A stretch of 64,000 nucleotides of DNA from contig CAZFIO010000001.1 of the NCBI GenBank assembly GCA_964519585.1, positions 234 to 64,233 on the forward strand, read 5' to 3'. Positions 1 to 9,174 of this stretch are shown one piece after another (the stretch's first letter is position 1; each line of letters opens with the position of its first letter). The DNA comes from an uncultured Tissierellaceae bacterium (lineage in GTDB: Bacteria > Bacillota > Clostridia > Tissierellales > Tissierellaceae). The position numbers and the translations under genes are program-made. Under the pieces are notes generated by a model that saw nothing but the letters and a program-made list of their open reading frames with translations, did no database searches and was not told the origin of the DNA.

Positions 1-1
1 A

Positions 2-520
2 CTTTTATTCCTAAGTATGGAGGATGGAGATTATGCTCTAGTGGGCCACGGATATGGGAATACTGTATTTACTGATTATGGTAAGGATGTCATGCTTGAT
101 AAGCATATACTTCCTCTTCTAGGCAAGGATAAATACTATGAAGCATTTTTAAAATATCTTGATTTATCTGAAGAATACCTTCTAATGGCAAGTGGTGGTC
201 AACCTTTTGACATAGATACAGATCCAAACTACGGGAAGATAGCTTTACCCATTAAGCTAGGGATTACCTTTCTTATACCTCTACTAATAGCTTTTTTAGT
301 TACAGGTTCATGGAAAAGAAAGATGAAAACTGCTAGATTAGCTACTAGTGCTGGTGATTATATTAGCGCTGAGGGTTTGAAGCTTACAAACCAAGCAGAT
401 CAGTTTTTATACCATACAACGAGCAGTAGGAAGATAGAAAAATCATCCTCTGGTGGTGGCGGAGGAGGAGGAACAAGTGTCAATAGTTCAGGTTATTCAG
501 GTAGGTCAGGAAAGTTTTAA
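2..520 (+). CDS. TPM-domain (YgcG-like) membrane protein, C-terminal part; 5' end cut by the window edge
   Basis: The frame is open from the window edge. The longer mirror copy reads ...DIAIITIDDMGYDEDAFDFASSLIEEYDMGYGSQKSILLLFLSMEDGDYALVGHGYG..., then one TM helix (ITFLIPLLIAFLVTG) and a Gly/Ser-rich tail SSSGGGGGGGTS. This pattern is typical of YgcG/TPM proteins. Call is by pattern memory only. Confidence 0.5.
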   Translation, partial: LLFLSMEDGDYALVGHGYGNTVFTDYGKDVMLDKHILPLLGKDKYYEAFLKYLDLSEEYLLMASGGQPFDIDTDPNYGKIALPIKLGITFLIPLLIAFLVTGSWKRKMKTARLATSAGDYISAEGLKLTNQADQFLYHTTSSRKIEKSSSGGGGGGGTSVNSSGYSGRSGKF

Positions 521-567
521 GAAATCCATCCAAAGATGAAAAATGGAGGGATTGGGGGTGGCATATT

Positions 568-957
568 TTGAAAATTGTTGTAATTAGCATGATGAATAGA
601 TTACTGTCAGGAGCAGTTATAAAATACTTAAGAGAACGTGGAGAATTGATGCCTATCCGGTTGACTGATTGCAATAAAGAAAATGAGCCTTATATAACCT
701 GTAAATCTCACAATGCAGATATACTTTTAATGGAAGTAATGCGGGTGCCACCTTTTACCTTGGAGGAAAGGCTAAGAACAGCAAAACAAATCAGGATAGA
801 GCTTCCAGAATGTAAGCTAGTCTTGCTTTGCGATGAAAATGCTGATCCTGATATGGCAGAAGCTGTAAAAGAAGCAAAAAAACAGGGTTTCATAGATAGT
901 TTTTTCTACAGTTCAGTGAGCGGGGAATACTTATCAGCTATGTTGGATGCACTTTAA
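568..957 (+). CDS. CheY-like receiver-fold protein lacking the phospho-acceptor residues (pseudo-receiver), stand-alone
   Basis: TTG start 7 nt after SD GGGGGTG. Alternating beta/alpha pattern KIVVIS...ADILLMEV...KLVLLCDE...GFIDSFF. The beta1 acidic pair is absent, the beta3 Asp position is Glu, and there is no conserved Lys-Pro after beta5. Confidence 0.45.
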   Translation: MKIVVISMMNRLLSGAVIKYLRERGELMPIRLTDCNKENEPYITCKSHNADILLMEVMRVPPFTLEERLRTAKQIRIELPECKLVLLCDENADPDMAEAVKEAKKQGFIDSFFYSSVSGEYLSAMLDAL

Positions 958-1006
958 TGGCACAGGGGGACGGTTCTATTGGGATATTTTTACAGGCTTT
1001 GACCAA

Positions 1007-1074
1007 GTAGGGGCTAGATTTGCTGGCCCGGAGGCCCAACAGAATGACATAGGCCAAGCAATTGCTTGATTATG
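1007..1074. repeat. Intergenic repeat family, minimal copy A (blocks b1 + b6)
   Basis: GTAGGGGCTAGATTTGCTGGCCC (1007-1029) and CAATTGCTTGATTATG (1059-1074) match blocks at 8840-8862/9124-9140 and 30804-30826/30906-30922. Confidence 0.7.
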
Positions 1075-1384
1075 TATTCCTGTTCTTTCCAAGTGACATT
1101 CATTTTGAACTATGGGGTTTTTACCTTGATGATTATTTAAATGATTTAGAGATTCCCTTTGGGAAAAATTCACCTGACGGAGCAACAACCATTATGTTTG
1201 AAGGAGGATTACCAAACATATGCGGAAGATTCCTTAGGAAATCCTATAAGTATAACTGTTCTTACAGTTCCTGAGGGAAATCATGAAGATACAGTTCCAT
1301 TAGATAACCCTGGCCTAATAGAAATGCTTGAATCAATATTTATAAAATAGCTAGTTTCATGTATAGTTAGGAGGTGACTTTGTC

Positions 1385-2779
1385 ATGAAAAACAAGCTTA
1401 CAGGTATTTTTCTGCTTTTTTTATGTATCTTAGTCTTGGTTGCCTGTGGGAAGAAAGAGAAAGGCCCAGGGGATGGAAACCGGGGAGAAAGGCTTGGTTT
1501 TGGAGAGAATAAAGGTGGAGTAATAGTAAGGGAAGATGCGAAAGGAATAATAAAAATCACTATAGAAGATGGTGAGGCAAATATATCCTTTGACTTAGAT
1601 AAATGTGAGGAATTTTACCAACTTTCTGAATACCCTGAATACTATAATGTAGCTGGTATAAGGGAAGGACCCTTTAAAATCCGGGTTATATCAGGCAGGG
1701 TCAAGGATGCCTTTGTAGGAGAACTACAGATTATGGACTATAGTGAATTAGATTTCACCGTAGCCACTGTAGTACTTACTATGGAAGATGGTAGTGTAGA
1801 ATGGGTTTATGCAGATCCCTTTAGCACTATAGGCTACAGTCACTATGAAGAAGAATATAGCAAAGATGGTAACTTTGAGAGTTATAGGGCATTGGCCTAT
1901 AAGGATAACTTTACTTCCTTTTCTTATGAAAACCATCATGAGGATCAGGATGCTATGGTTCTATATTTAATCAATGATAAGGGAGAAAAGTTTGATTTTT
2001 ACAAGTTATGGCTTGAAACTAAACTTACACAAGGGTCATGGGTCATGAAACTAGAGGATGATTTTGATGAGGATATTTCCCTCTACCTATATTTGAAATT
2101 TGAACCTCATGGGACCTTTACCCTAGATGTAGCAGGAAGCTATATGGACTATGAGATAGCATACTACCATGAAAACTGGGGAGGTTCCTATGAAATAGAT
2201 AGGGGGTCAAGTAAGAACTACTATATGGGAAGTTTTGACTTTGATTTACATCTATTGTGGTGGATAGATGAGGGAGATACTGGTCTCAAGACGGAACTTA
2301 GCGGCAGCTATAGCTTTGAAACAGATTCTACGGGTGATATTTCTTTGGTTTATGAATCAGGAGATAGAATCTACCAAAGAGGGAATATGGAGGTCTTTCC
2401 TTTAGTGAATATTCATGATGACTTGGAGGAATTTAGGGGGCAAACAATTGAAGGTATGGCTATCCTGGAGTTTTCTAGGTACCTAGCTGATGGTATGGAA
2501 TTTATAGTTGTTTGGGTGGAAGCGATTGAGGACCTAGAAGAAGCTAATGACTATAGGATTGAAAATGAGGATGTAGGATATTACCAGTTTACAACAGCTA
2601 CCTATGATCAGTATAGTCTGATGGAATACGACAAAGATGGTTTTGTAGATAGGGTAGACTATTATTTGACTGATTTTATAAATGAAGTTAGAAATTCCTA
2701 TAGGGATGGCAGAGTTCTAGCTAATATTGTAGTAGAAGATGGCCATATAATCTCAGCCCATGAAGTCTATCAACCCTAA
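1385..2779 (+). CDS. Lipoprotein of unknown function (paralog A)
   Basis: SD AGGAGGTG 9 nt upstream. Signal peptide with lipobox LVAC|GKK. Shares blocks with the 3054..4406 product (GPFKIRVISGRVKDAFVGE...VVLTMEDGSVEWVYADPFS vs GPFPIISLAGEVKDMVIGQ...IFILMDDGQVYYVYADIFS; FDFDLHL vs MFFDLHL). No domain recognised. Confidence 0.75.
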   Translation: MKNKLTGIFLLFLCILVLVACGKKEKGPGDGNRGERLGFGENKGGVIVREDAKGIIKITIEDGEANISFDLDKCEEFYQLSEYPEYYNVAGIREGPFKIRVISGRVKDAFVGELQIMDYSELDFTVATVVLTMEDGSVEWVYADPFSTIGYSHYEEEYSKDGNFESYRALAYKDNFTSFSYENHHEDQDAMVLYLINDKGEKFDFYKLWLETKLTQGSWVMKLEDDFDEDISLYLYLKFEPHGTFTLDVAGSYMDYEIAYYHENWGGSYEIDRGSSKNYYMGSFDFDLHLLWWIDEGDTGLKTELSGSYSFETDSTGDISLVYESGDRIYQRGNMEVFPLVNIHDDLEEFRGQTIEGMAILEFSRYLADGMEFIVVWVEAIEDLEEANDYRIENEDVGYYQFTTATYDQYSLMEYDKDGFVDRVDYYLTDFINEVRNSYRDGRVLANIVVEDGHIISAHEVYQP

Positions 2780-2978
2780 GACACAGGGGGACAGTTTGGA
2801 CCCCACTGGTAACTATGATTTTTTAAGTTTGTCATTCTGAACGCTAGTGTCAATCTTGTCTTTCCAATGATTTCAAGATTCGACCCTTCGCTTTGGATGA
2901 CAGAATAAGGAATTGACAGCGGCTTATGACTCTGTCAACTCGTATGCATAAGGATTGTTTTAAAAAAAGTAAAAACAG

Positions 2979-3034
2979 AGTAGAAAGTTTAAGATATAGG
3001 GCATAAGCCTTAGGCCTATTGCTTTCTACTTTTT
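2979..3034 (+). terminator. Terminator-like hairpin plus T-run abutting the SD of the next gene
   Basis: AGTAGAAAG (2979-2987) pairs with CTTTCTACT (3022-3030), followed by TTTT. The loop contains an inner hairpin. The structure ends 7 nt before AGGAGG of the 3054 gene. Confidence 0.5.
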
Positions 3035-3053
3035 CCTTAGAGGAGGTGGCAAC

Positions 3054-4406
3054 TTGTACAGAAAAATAATTATATTGCTTATCAGCCTATCATTAATTTT
3101 CCCCCTAACTGCTTGTAAAAGTTCAAAAGTAAATAGTCCCAATAACAATGGGAAAGATAATCCAGGAGAAACAAAAGACCCTATAAAGGATGAAGTCCTA
3201 GTCTATAAGGATGATACGAATCTTATGGAGATTCATGTAAGCAATAAGAGGGATGTTGAAGTTTACTTTAATCTTGAAAGATGGGAGGGGGACTTTACTC
3301 TTAGTCAAATAGGCGAGGGTGGAGACTTGGTAAATTATTTTAACAAGGAAAACTGGAGAGAGTTATTAGATATAGAAGATAGGTCATCCATGGGTGACAA
3401 TTATTATGGGCCCTTTCCTATAATCAGCCTAGCTGGAGAAGTAAAAGATATGGTTATAGGGCAAATTGCAGAGTTTGATTATGCAAATGGCTTGGAACAA
3501 ATGATGCCTACAATTTTTATTCTTATGGATGATGGCCAGGTTTACTATGTATATGCAGATATATTTTCAATAGAGAGAGGATTTACAGAATTTCACGCCT
3601 CGGGACCTTTACCTTGGGTTGAGAATATAGAATCTCTGGCCTATGAGAGTGATGGTGAGGGGATGGATGGCACTATGACAGCTTATGCAGTAGATAAGCA
3701 AGGTGCAAAATACGATTTAAGGATACCGGGTAAATTTCAAAATCTTTATATGGGTATGGATTGGGTATCCAACGAGAATGCAGAAGATCCAAATTATGAG
3801 TTTTCTAAGCCTGAATACTGTGCTGTTCTGAATTTTTTAGTGGATGGGACTGTTTCTTTGAAAAAAGGCTGGACCAATGAAGAAGCAATAAGATATAAGG
3901 GGACCTATAGGGTAAGCATGGGTGAAGATGATAATGGACCAGGTATTATGTTTTTTGACCTACACCTTGACTCAACAACTCCTTACGCGGAAGAAACTAT
4001 AAATGGATCCTACTTTGCAGACCTACATTTCGGCATCTCTTTGGAACTTTTCCCAGGAGATGGAGACCTACTCTTTGTTGAAGGAAGGAATGAATATGAG
4101 CCCTTTAAGTTTATATGGGGATATAGTCCTTTTGATAGGTCTGTTAATAGTGTAAGGATTAATGACTATGGGGATTATTTGATAAACAACTCCAGCCATA
4201 TAAGGGAGATGGTAACCAAACATAAAATGTCTCTGCTTGAAACAGGAGAAACCAGGGAAATTGGTGATGAGCTTTGTACAGATATATGGTTAGGCACCAA
4301 CCACAAAGACAACTTTGTAAAAGAAATTCTATATACTATTTCAGACACTGGAAACATCTATGAGTATGACCCTATAGGGGATGGATGGTTTCAAGTATGG
4401 AATTAA
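3054..4406 (+). CDS. Lipoprotein of unknown function (paralog B)
   Basis: TTG start after SD GGAGG. Signal peptide with lipobox LTAC|KSS. Paralogous to the 1385..2779 product. Confidence 0.75.
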   Translation: MYRKIIILLISLSLIFPLTACKSSKVNSPNNNGKDNPGETKDPIKDEVLVYKDDTNLMEIHVSNKRDVEVYFNLERWEGDFTLSQIGEGGDLVNYFNKENWRELLDIEDRSSMGDNYYGPFPIISLAGEVKDMVIGQIAEFDYANGLEQMMPTIFILMDDGQVYYVYADIFSIERGFTEFHASGPLPWVENIESLAYESDGEGMDGTMTAYAVDKQGAKYDLRIPGKFQNLYMGMDWVSNENAEDPNYEFSKPEYCAVLNFLVDGTVSLKKGWTNEEAIRYKGTYRVSMGEDDNGPGIMFFDLHLDSTTPYAEETINGSYFADLHFGISLELFPGDGDLLFVEGRNEYEPFKFIWGYSPFDRSVNSVRINDYGDYLINNSSHIREMVTKHKMSLLETGETREIGDELCTDIWLGTNHKDNFVKEILYTISDTGNIYEYDPIGDGWFQVWN

Positions 4407-4407
4407 G

Positions 4408-4435
4408 GCCAAGGAAAACCCTTGGCTTTTGTTTT
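4408..4435. terminator. Rho-independent terminator between convergent genes
   Basis: GCCAAGG-aaaac-CCTTGGC followed by TTTTGTTTT. It lies between the stop codons of the lipoprotein B gene and pepF. Confidence 0.75.
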
Positions 4436-6203
4436 ACCTATCCGCCAATTCAATAAATCTATCTATATCCTTCTCAATCAATTTCAAAGAGCTTCTAAAA
4501 AAGTCTGGCTTATGAATATCTATATTCATCATATCAGCGACATCTTTTATATTATTCTTGCCTGTAGCATTTAGTAGTTCATCATATTCCTTTACAAAAG
4601 ATTCACCTGTACTTAGGTATTCCGCATAAAGCCCCTTAGCAAACAAAAGTCCAAAGGCATAGGGGAAGTTGTAGAAGTTAAGTCCTGCTGAGTAGTAGTG
4701 GGGTTTATTCAACCACATATAAGGATGAAGGACACTATGATCTAAACCATTGCCATAGGACTTCTTTTGGGCATCCATCATTATATCCTTTAATTCCTTG
4801 ACTGGCAAAGAGGACTCCTTTCTCCTGTTAAACAATTCTGATTCAAAAAGGAATCTGCTATATATATCCACAATCACCTGGGCTGCATCTGAGATAGAGG
4901 ATTCAAGTATGCCTAGGGCTTCTTCATCACTAGCATCCTTTAGGGCAGCATTTGTTACTATGGTTTCACAAAATATAGAAGCAGTTTCAGCTATAGGCAT
5001 GGGATATCTAGAGTTTAAGATGGATTCATTTCTTAGATTTAGCCCATGGTAGCCATGGCCTAGTTCATGGGCCAGGGTAATCATATTTGAAAAACTTCCA
5101 TCAAAGTTGGCCAAAATCCTACTTTCACCTATAGGGTGCAAGTTGGAGCAGAAGGCCCCTCCCCTTTTACCGTCTCTGGGTTCCACATCTAACCAGTTAT
5201 TATCATAGGCCTCCTGCACAAAATCTGCCAATCTATCACTGAAAGTCCTGAAGTTTTTAACTATATAGTTTATGGCCTCTTCGTAGGTAAATCTTCTATC
5301 AACTTGTCCAAGGGGGGCAAATAAATCATAAAATGGAAGACCATCCTGGTGGCCCAAGATCTCTGCCTTTTTCTTAAAATACCTATGGAAGGCTGGTAGG
5401 AATTCCTCCATAGCTATAAGCATAGAGTCTAAGCTTTCCTTATTCATTCTTGATTTAAAAAGAGTTTCAGACAGTGGAGACTCAAAACCCCTCAACTCCG
5501 AGGTGGTTATTACTTCTCCCTTTATTCCATTTAAAGCTGCAGCTGAGGATTCTTCAACTTTTTCATAGGCCTTCAACTCTGCTTCATAGGCAGTTTTCCT
5601 TATCTTTTCATCCTTATCATAGGCTAGGTTTCTTACCATTGCTAGTGGTAGTTGTTTATCTTCACCATCTAAGTCTATATCTACCATCAAGGTTGAAGTT
5701 ATTTTATCCTGAAGATTTGACCAGGCTGTTGAGCCTGTATTCTTCATTTTGGATATAATGATTTCTTCTTTCTCGCTGAGCAAATATTTTGTAGATTCTT
5801 TGATTTGTGCTAAATAAAATTTATGCTTATTCAATAAGTCAGATTTTCCCACCAGATCTTCTAAATCTGGCAAATCCTTTAAAAAGTTCTTAAATTGAAC
5901 TTCTGGCTTAGTCAACTCTGTTCCCTTTAAACTAAGCTTATCCAAATATTCTAGGGCTTTTTCATCCCTGGCATTTGTAGAACTTGATAGGTTTGCATAA
6001 GCCCCTAATTTACTATATAGGTTGGAAATTTTAACTGAAAAATCAATATAGTATTCCAACTTTTCAATAGGATTATCTAAGGAGACAAGACTATCCCCAG
6101 CCCACTTAGCAAAATCCCCTATAAGCTTATCAAGTTTGTCAAAGTCTGTTAAAAATTCTTGAGAATCAAAAGAAGGGTACAATTCATCTAAAGACCACCT
6201 CAT
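4434..6203 (-). CDS. pepF: Oligoendopeptidase F (M3B metallopeptidase)
   Basis: HELGHGYH zinc motif and the length and sequence pattern of the PepF family. Start moved to ATG 6203 (MRWSLDELYPSF), which has SD GGAGG. The 30-codon MRQGPS... extension in the track is a translated REP hairpin. Confidence 0.9.
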   Translation of the reverse strand: MRWSLDELYPSFDSQEFLTDFDKLDKLIGDFAKWAGDSLVSLDNPIEKLEYYIDFSVKISNLYSKLGAYANLSSSTNARDEKALEYLDKLSLKGTELTKPEVQFKNFLKDLPDLEDLVGKSDLLNKHKFYLAQIKESTKYLLSEKEEIIISKMKNTGSTAWSNLQDKITSTLMVDIDLDGEDKQLPLAMVRNLAYDKDEKIRKTAYEAELKAYEKVEESSAAALNGIKGEVITTSELRGFESPLSETLFKSRMNKESLDSMLIAMEEFLPAFHRYFKKKAEILGHQDGLPFYDLFAPLGQVDRRFTYEEAINYIVKNFRTFSDRLADFVQEAYDNNWLDVEPRDGKRGGAFCSNLHPIGESRILANFDGSFSNMITLAHELGHGYHGLNLRNESILNSRYPMPIAETASIFCETIVTNAALKDASDEEALGILESSISDAAQVIVDIYSRFLFESELFNRRKESSLPVKELKDIMMDAQKKSYGNGLDHSVLHPYMWLNKPHYYSAGLNFYNFPYAFGLLFAKGLYAEYLSTGESFVKEYDELLNATGKNNIKDVADMMNIDIHKPDFFRSSLKLIEKDIDRFIELADR

Positions 6204-6262
6204 AATAAAACACCTCCATATATTTACAATAAGATTATACCACAATAGAAGGATTGCTAAAC

Positions 6263-6298
6263 AATAGTGCGCTAGGGACGGTCCTTGGCGCATTTTTG
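6263..6298. repeat. REP-like GC-rich hairpin (copy 1)
   Basis: AATAGTGCGCTAGGGACGGTCCTTGGCGCATTTTTG. Same family as the copies flanking the RAYT gene. Confidence 0.8.
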
Positions 6299-6377
6299 TA
6301 TATATTTTTTATATTTTTCTTGCAATATTGGTATATTAAGTATATACTTATTTAGTTATATATAAGGAGGAGAAAGA

Positions 6378-8018
6378 TTGAGTAAATTAGCATTTAATGA
6401 AATAAAATTATCAAATGGAATACAGCGGGGTATTTCAGAAATGGGTTTTGAAGAAATGTCACCAATTCAGGAACAGGCAATTCCTGTAATATTGGCAGGA
6501 AGGGATGTGATAGGTCAGGCCCAGACTGGGACAGGGAAAACCGCAGCTTTTGGAATTCCTATTTTAGAAACTTGTGATCCAAGCGACAAGAGATTGCAAG
6601 CACTGGTACTATGTCCCACAAGGGAGTTGTCAATTCAAGTAGCGGAAGAAATAAGGAATATCGGAAAGTTTATGAGCGGAATTAAGGTTCTACCTATATA
6701 TGGGGGTCAACCTATTGATAGGCAGATTAGGTCCTTGAAGGGTGGAGTTCAGATAGTTGTAGGCACACCAGGCCGGGTTATGGACCATATGAGAAGGAGG
6801 ACCTTAAAATTAGACAAGGTAAAAATGATGGTTCTTGATGAGGCCGACGAAATGTTTGATATGGGTTTTAGGGATGATATAGGCTTTGTTATGGATGAGT
6901 TGCCAGAGGAAAGACAAACTGTATTTTTTTCAGCTACCATGCCTAAGGAAATAATCAATTTTGCATCCAAATATCAAAACAATCCTGAATTAGTTAAGGT
7001 TGTTCATAAGGAATTAACATTACCTAAAATTGAGCAGTACTACTTCGAGCTAAAGGAACATATGAAGACTGAAATTCTAAGTCGTCTTATAGATATCAAT
7101 AATCCAAAACTTAGCATAGTTTTTTGTAATACAAAAAAGCGTGTAGATGAGTTGACAGAAAAGCTTACAGGAAGGGGTTATCTGGCAGATGGCCTCCATG
7201 GTGACTTAAAACAAAGCCAAAGAGATACTGTAATGAATAAGTTTAGAAATGGTACTATTGATATTTTAATTGCTACAGATGTAGCTGCTAGAGGCCTAGA
7301 TGTGGATGATATAGACCTGGTGGTAAACTATGATATACCTAGGGATGAAGAATATTATGTTCATAGGATTGGTAGGACAGCCAGAGCTGGCAGGGAGGGT
7401 GTAGCCTATAGCTTTGTAGTAGGTAGGGATAAAAACCTACTAGCAAATATTCAAAGATACGCCAATACAAAAATAAAGAGAAGAGACATACCTACTCTTA
7501 AAGATATGGAGCAAAACTACAGGACCAGTGCCCTAGATAAGATTAAGGATGAAATTACTAAGGGAGAACTAGGCAAGTATAGTAAAATAGTGGATGCTCT
7601 AATAGAAGAAGGATTTACTTCCTTTGATATTGCAGCTGCCCTGCTTAAGTTCTATATGGATGATAGTAAATATGAAAAACACGAAAAGTTAGAACAAGTA
7701 GACTTTGGAGGGAAATTCAGGTCTAGTGGGGGTAAAAATGAAAGGCTTTCAAAGGACACTACAAGATTGTTTATCAATATAGGAAGCAGAAAGGGAGCCA
7801 GCCAAAGACATATACTAGCAGCCCTAGTCCAAGATGCAAATTTACAGAAGAACCATGTAGGGGCTATAGATATATATGATAAGTTTTCCTTTGTGGAAAT
7901 TCCAGCAAATCTTGCCAATGATGTGGTAAGAAACCTAAATAATAAGAGGATCAGGGGAAGCATGGTACAGGTAGAGATTGCCACCCCTAAAAGAAAATCA
8001 GGTCCAAAAAGAAAATAG
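6378..8018 (+). CDS. DEAD-box ATP-dependent RNA helicase with a C-terminal DbpA-type RNA-binding domain
   Basis: TTG start 7 nt after AAGGAGG. Motifs: Q (FEEMSPIQEQAIP), AQTGTGKT, PTRELS, DEAD, SAT, HRIGRTARAG. C-terminal TRLFINIGSRKGASQRHILAALV...VEIPANLANDV. Confidence 0.92.
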   Translation: MSKLAFNEIKLSNGIQRGISEMGFEEMSPIQEQAIPVILAGRDVIGQAQTGTGKTAAFGIPILETCDPSDKRLQALVLCPTRELSIQVAEEIRNIGKFMSGIKVLPIYGGQPIDRQIRSLKGGVQIVVGTPGRVMDHMRRRTLKLDKVKMMVLDEADEMFDMGFRDDIGFVMDELPEERQTVFFSATMPKEIINFASKYQNNPELVKVVHKELTLPKIEQYYFELKEHMKTEILSRLIDINNPKLSIVFCNTKKRVDELTEKLTGRGYLADGLHGDLKQSQRDTVMNKFRNGTIDILIATDVAARGLDVDDIDLVVNYDIPRDEEYYVHRIGRTARAGREGVAYSFVVGRDKNLLANIQRYANTKIKRRDIPTLKDMEQNYRTSALDKIKDEITKGELGKYSKIVDALIEEGFTSFDIAAALLKFYMDDSKYEKHEKLEQVDFGGKFRSSGGKNERLSKDTTRLFINIGSRKGASQRHILAALVQDANLQKNHVGAIDIYDKFSFVEIPANLANDVVRNLNNKRIRGSMVQVEIATPKRKSGPKRK

Positions 8019-8042
8019 TCAGACTTAGTCTGACTGTTTTTT
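8017..8042. terminator. Hairpin terminator shared by convergent genes
   Basis: AGTCAGAC-tta-GTCTGACT followed by GTTTTTT. It overlaps the stop codons of both the helicase gene and plsY. Confidence 0.7.
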
Positions 8043-8648
8043 CTTTGATTTAAAGGTAGATCTTAGGCTTACTTCTCCACCATGGACAATTCTTTTAAAG
8101 TTTTCCCTATGCTTGTAAGCACTTTGTAGTGCTATAAGAACAGCAAAAATTAATGAAAGTTTACCATGCTCCAAATAGGCTGTTGCTATTATAAGAAAAA
8201 TAACTAGGCCCATGGTACCTAGAACTATATAATCAGTTGCTACTGTAATCACTAAAACTATTAGCATACCTAATAAACCTAACCTATAATCAATCCCATA
8301 TATCATTCCTACAGTAGAGGCAGTACCCTTTCCACCTTTAAAGCCCATGAAAAATGGATAATTATGACCTAAGATTACTGCAAATCCATTTAAATATATA
8401 GCAGACATATCCAAATTTCTAAATATATACCTTATCAAAAGGATGGATATAGTAGCCTTTAAAATATCAAGGATACCAACTGCTGCCCCCATCTTCCAGC
8501 CAAATACAGCTACAGTATTAGATGCCCCAGGATTTCCCATGCCAAGCGAACGTATATCCTTGCCTTTGATTATTCTTGTTAATATATAGGACCATTGTAA
8601 ACAACCAAATAAATAACCTATAAGAGCTACAATTATATATCTATCCAT
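8025..8648 (-). CDS. plsY: Glycerol-3-phosphate acyltransferase PlsY
   Basis: GMGNPGASNT and HNYPFFMGFKGGKGTAST motifs in a multi-TM protein of about 207 aa. Start set at the second ATG (MDRYIIV) because SD AAGGGG is only 1 nt from the first ATG (8657). Confidence 0.88.
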   Translation of the reverse strand: MDRYIIVALIGYLFGCLQWSYILTRIIKGKDIRSLGMGNPGASNTVAVFGWKMGAAVGILDILKATISILLIRYIFRNLDMSAIYLNGFAVILGHNYPFFMGFKGGKGTASTVGMIYGIDYRLGLLGMLIVLVITVATDYIVLGTMGLVIFLIIATAYLEHGKLSLIFAVLIALQSAYKHRENFKRIVHGGEVSLRSTFKSKKKQSD

Positions 8649-8960
8649 AGATATCATACCCCTTTATAATTGATAATTAATTATATCATATTTGTAGGAT
8701 AAATATTCTACATTTTCTGGATAAATGAGAAGGAGGAAAGCGGAAGGCAGAAAGCAAAGACGGTAAGACAGTTTGTCAGGGAAAATGATAATGAACAGTG
8801 AACAGTGTGATTAAACTTATTCTCTTGGGTCATAACAAGCTAGGGGCTAGCTTTGCTGGCCCGACGACCTAAAAGCTGGCCCCAAAAGTGAATTTGGGCC
8901 TGAAATTGGAATCAATGGAACAGGACGTGGATTGTTTCCAAGGAAATAATATTAAAAATT

Positions 8961-8974
8961 TTGACCTAGGTCAA
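8961..8974. promoter_or_regulatory. Perfect 14-bp palindrome TTGAC-CTAG-GTCAA (FNR/CRP-box-like)
   Basis: Same geometry as the FNR consensus TTGAT-N4-ATCAA. It lies about 190 bp upstream of the Crp/Fnr-family gene, in the divergent region with plsY. Confidence 0.4.
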
Positions 8975-9130
8975 TTTTACAATTAGATATTTAGGGTATA
9001 ATGAGAACGATAGCATAGCAATTATAAAAAAAATCTTGTATTAGGGTATTCTTATTGGGATTGGAATGCCTGTATAGCCTTGTAGGGAAGATACCAAGAC
9101 CCAGAAGCTAGACTATAACAAAACAATTGC

Positions 9131-9174
9131 TTGACTATCGTTTGACAACTGTTTGACTATCGCTTGACTATTGT
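9131..9174 (+). repeat. Four tandem 11-bp direct repeats, each starting TTGAC
   Basis: TTGACTATCGT (9131), TTGACAACTGT (9142), TTGACTATCGC (9153) and TTGACTATTGT (9164), spaced exactly 11 bp apart. Followed by AATAGGGGGGGTG. Confidence 0.85.

Noticed and set aside
1062-1350. Two overlapping small ORFs (70 aa and 63 aa) between the pseudo-receiver gene and lipoprotein A. Together they might be a frameshifted gene remnant.
   Set aside because: Neither has an SD. The 5' end is made of intergenic repeat block b6. I recognise no domain. A decayed pseudogene is possible, but I cannot support it from the sequence alone.
6204-6293. N-terminal extensions MRQGPSLAHY... on pepF and MRQGPSPTHW... on corA (22006-22047).
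   Set aside because: These are translations of REP hairpins (ATGCGCCAGGGACCGTCC). Internal ATG codons with good SD sequences (6203 and 22048) give N-termini typical of each family.
9131-9174. The tandem short repeats (11-bp TTGAC units; 7-nt units at 28534-28603) as a CRISPR array or phase-variable microsatellite.
   Set aside because: The units are contiguous with no spacers, are far shorter than CRISPR repeats, and are imperfect. No cas genes are present.
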